From assembly GCA_032718475.1 (NCBI GenBank), contig JAUCBJ010002695.1, positions 1 to 64,000 of the forward strand: DNA of 64,000 bases, in the 5' to 3' direction. The position numbers and the translations under genes are program-made. Of this stretch, positions 62,401 to 64,000 are shown one piece after another. Within the stretch, counting starts at the first letter, position 1. Each line of letters begins with the position of its first letter. The stretch comes from Nemertoderma westbladi (Eukaryota; Animalia; Xenacoelomorpha). The notes beneath the pieces are model-generated. The model worked only from the letters and a program-made list of their open reading frames with translations. It ran no database searches and was not told the DNA's origin.

Positions 62401-64000
62401 ATCAATGGGTGCTCTACATAAAGCTTACAAGTCTGAACCAGGAAATTCTTTCGTGTAGTATTATTCAACAACTCACGGATATCATCAAGATGGTAAATAA
62501 TTGCAGCTGCTGTATATCCTAGCTTTGCAAATCTTCTTTCAGTATAGATACTGAACTTCTTTGAACGATTACTTTGGATAACCTGAAGATCAAATTCCTC
62601 CCACAAAGATGATTGTTGACCATCATTTGTCACAAGTTTCTGGATGGCTACTATGACAGCTAATGCAACACTTTTTTTTTCTGGGATGAAGGATTTTAGT
62701 ACTGGAAGCCGAGATAACAAAGCCTGCTTCAGATTCGCCTTGTTTTCGAGCTCTAAAATAACTTTTAAGTTTCCTCGATCAAAAACCTCACATGTATGTG
62801 AAACACACAGCAATTGTAATGGTATATGATGTGTAAGCAATGTTTGTGCAACCATCTCTGCAACATTCAATTTTTTGGAGACACTGTCTGTCATTAGGGC
62901 ATTCATTTTTTTCCATAGAGCTACTGCAGTTGACTCTCCTGCAATTGCCAAGCGATTAAGAACTTCAACAAGCAGTGTTGTAATTGATTCTCTTGTTTCC
63001 CGACCCAGAGTATGCGGACGAACTCTAAATGATTTCCCATTAGATAGTTTCATTATGACTGCGGGCCAGTCTCCTTCAATTCGTCTCCTTTTTGTTGTAT
63101 CAAAGTGTAGTGTGATTTTGTCACCCTCTGAAGCATCAAGAATTCCAAGAGCTGCATTTCTCTCCTCCTGAATTGCCAACAAGTGTTTTTGGTTATCAAT
63201 TACTCTTATACTGGGTAGCACATTGGCATACCGCAAATAATCAGATGCTTTGCGTGGAAGCGACTTTTCGGGCTCAAGTCCAGGCTCATGATCACCTTCA
63301 TTTGATCCATCATCTGCAGTCAGCTGGTATCTATGGCCAAATATAATTTCTGTTGTAGCTTGAAAAGCACGGCAACTTTGTTCAATAGTAATGGCTGCCC
63401 TAGCACATGCAGCAGCCAAACCTGTCTTTACACTGGGAAGGAAGTTTCGAAACCCCGATCTCAACTGGAACATGGATGGGTTTAGTACATAATCAGTTTG
63501 TGTATAGGCATTTATGGTAGGTTTACTATCACGTACTAAACCAGAACGATTGAGTGATTGGTCAAGTCTGACATTGCTCAATATGGGACTACTCAAAACT
63601 AAATCCTCTTCATCGAATTCTTCAGCTTCCATTTCAGCTGCTGCCTGCTTAGCAATAGCTTCTGCTGCACGTTTCTCTTCATATTCTTTGTCTAACTTGT
63701 CACACAATGCCATTCGACGGGGCCCCATCTGATCAAAATAAAATTCTCGTTCTGGTCCATTTTTCAGGATCTACATTTTTACCTAGCAGATCTAAGAGCT
63801 TTTTGTGGTCCCCTTTCCAAATTGTAAGATTTTGCCTCCTTGAACCAGTTTTCTTGCACTGAACCTGAGTTCGATATGTTTTCAAAAATCCATCCAACTT
63901 GTATCTGATGTTCCGGATAGTCATGACTGTCCCTTCACCAAAGGCCTTTTGCCACTGGAAATTCAGAGCCTTTGCACAGTTCATAATCATGCTGCTTTTG
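59500..64000 (-). pseudogene. Intron-containing DDE transposase (CxxH type, hAT/P/Mutator-like), split by a LINE and running off the window
   Basis: LHFDTT, MTDS, LLCVSH and NNLEAERDL (D, D, CxxH, E). GTGAGT...TTACAG intron at 60308-60137 joins KHITR to VLDDREKAW in frame. In-frame stops are present. Confidence 0.75.
60694..62260 (+). mobile_element. 5'-truncated LINE, RTEX-like RT
   Basis: KGIRQGGILSAWLLNFY, LGYADDLLL and KYLG in a 400-aa ORF (60763-61965). 3' UTR ends in a short A-run and the element interrupts the transposase. Confidence 0.82.

Overview
This is animal (metazoan) genomic DNA that is mostly nested transposable elements. Host-type genes are few: an intronless SLC18B1-like MFS transporter (1218-2543), a secreted protein with three Cys-rich repeats (23441-25862) split by a MITE that can be spliced out in frame, a degenerate TBC1D23 C-terminal fragment and a 5'-truncated tRNA-Ile. 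The mobile elements include a complete Gypsy (Mag-like) element (29042-34201), a 16.9 kb Bel/Pao element with nested insertions (34383-51329), a related solo LTR, a near full-length CR1-type LINE, four RTE fragments, two CRE fragments, an RTEX-like fragment, Merlin and Chapaev-like transposase remnants, an intron-containing DDE transposase, several MITEs, a Helitron, a tRNA-SINE and minisatellites. The most notable observation is an accessory gene found twice, in highly diverged form: once downstream of the Bel/Pao integrase (47640-49957, +) and once in a second decayed element (about 12457-7877, -). Both copies encode a DEDDy-like 3'-5' exonuclease with Glu in place of the ExoIII Asp, followed by three CCHC zinc knuckles. 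All family assignments come from motif recognition by eye; no searches were run.
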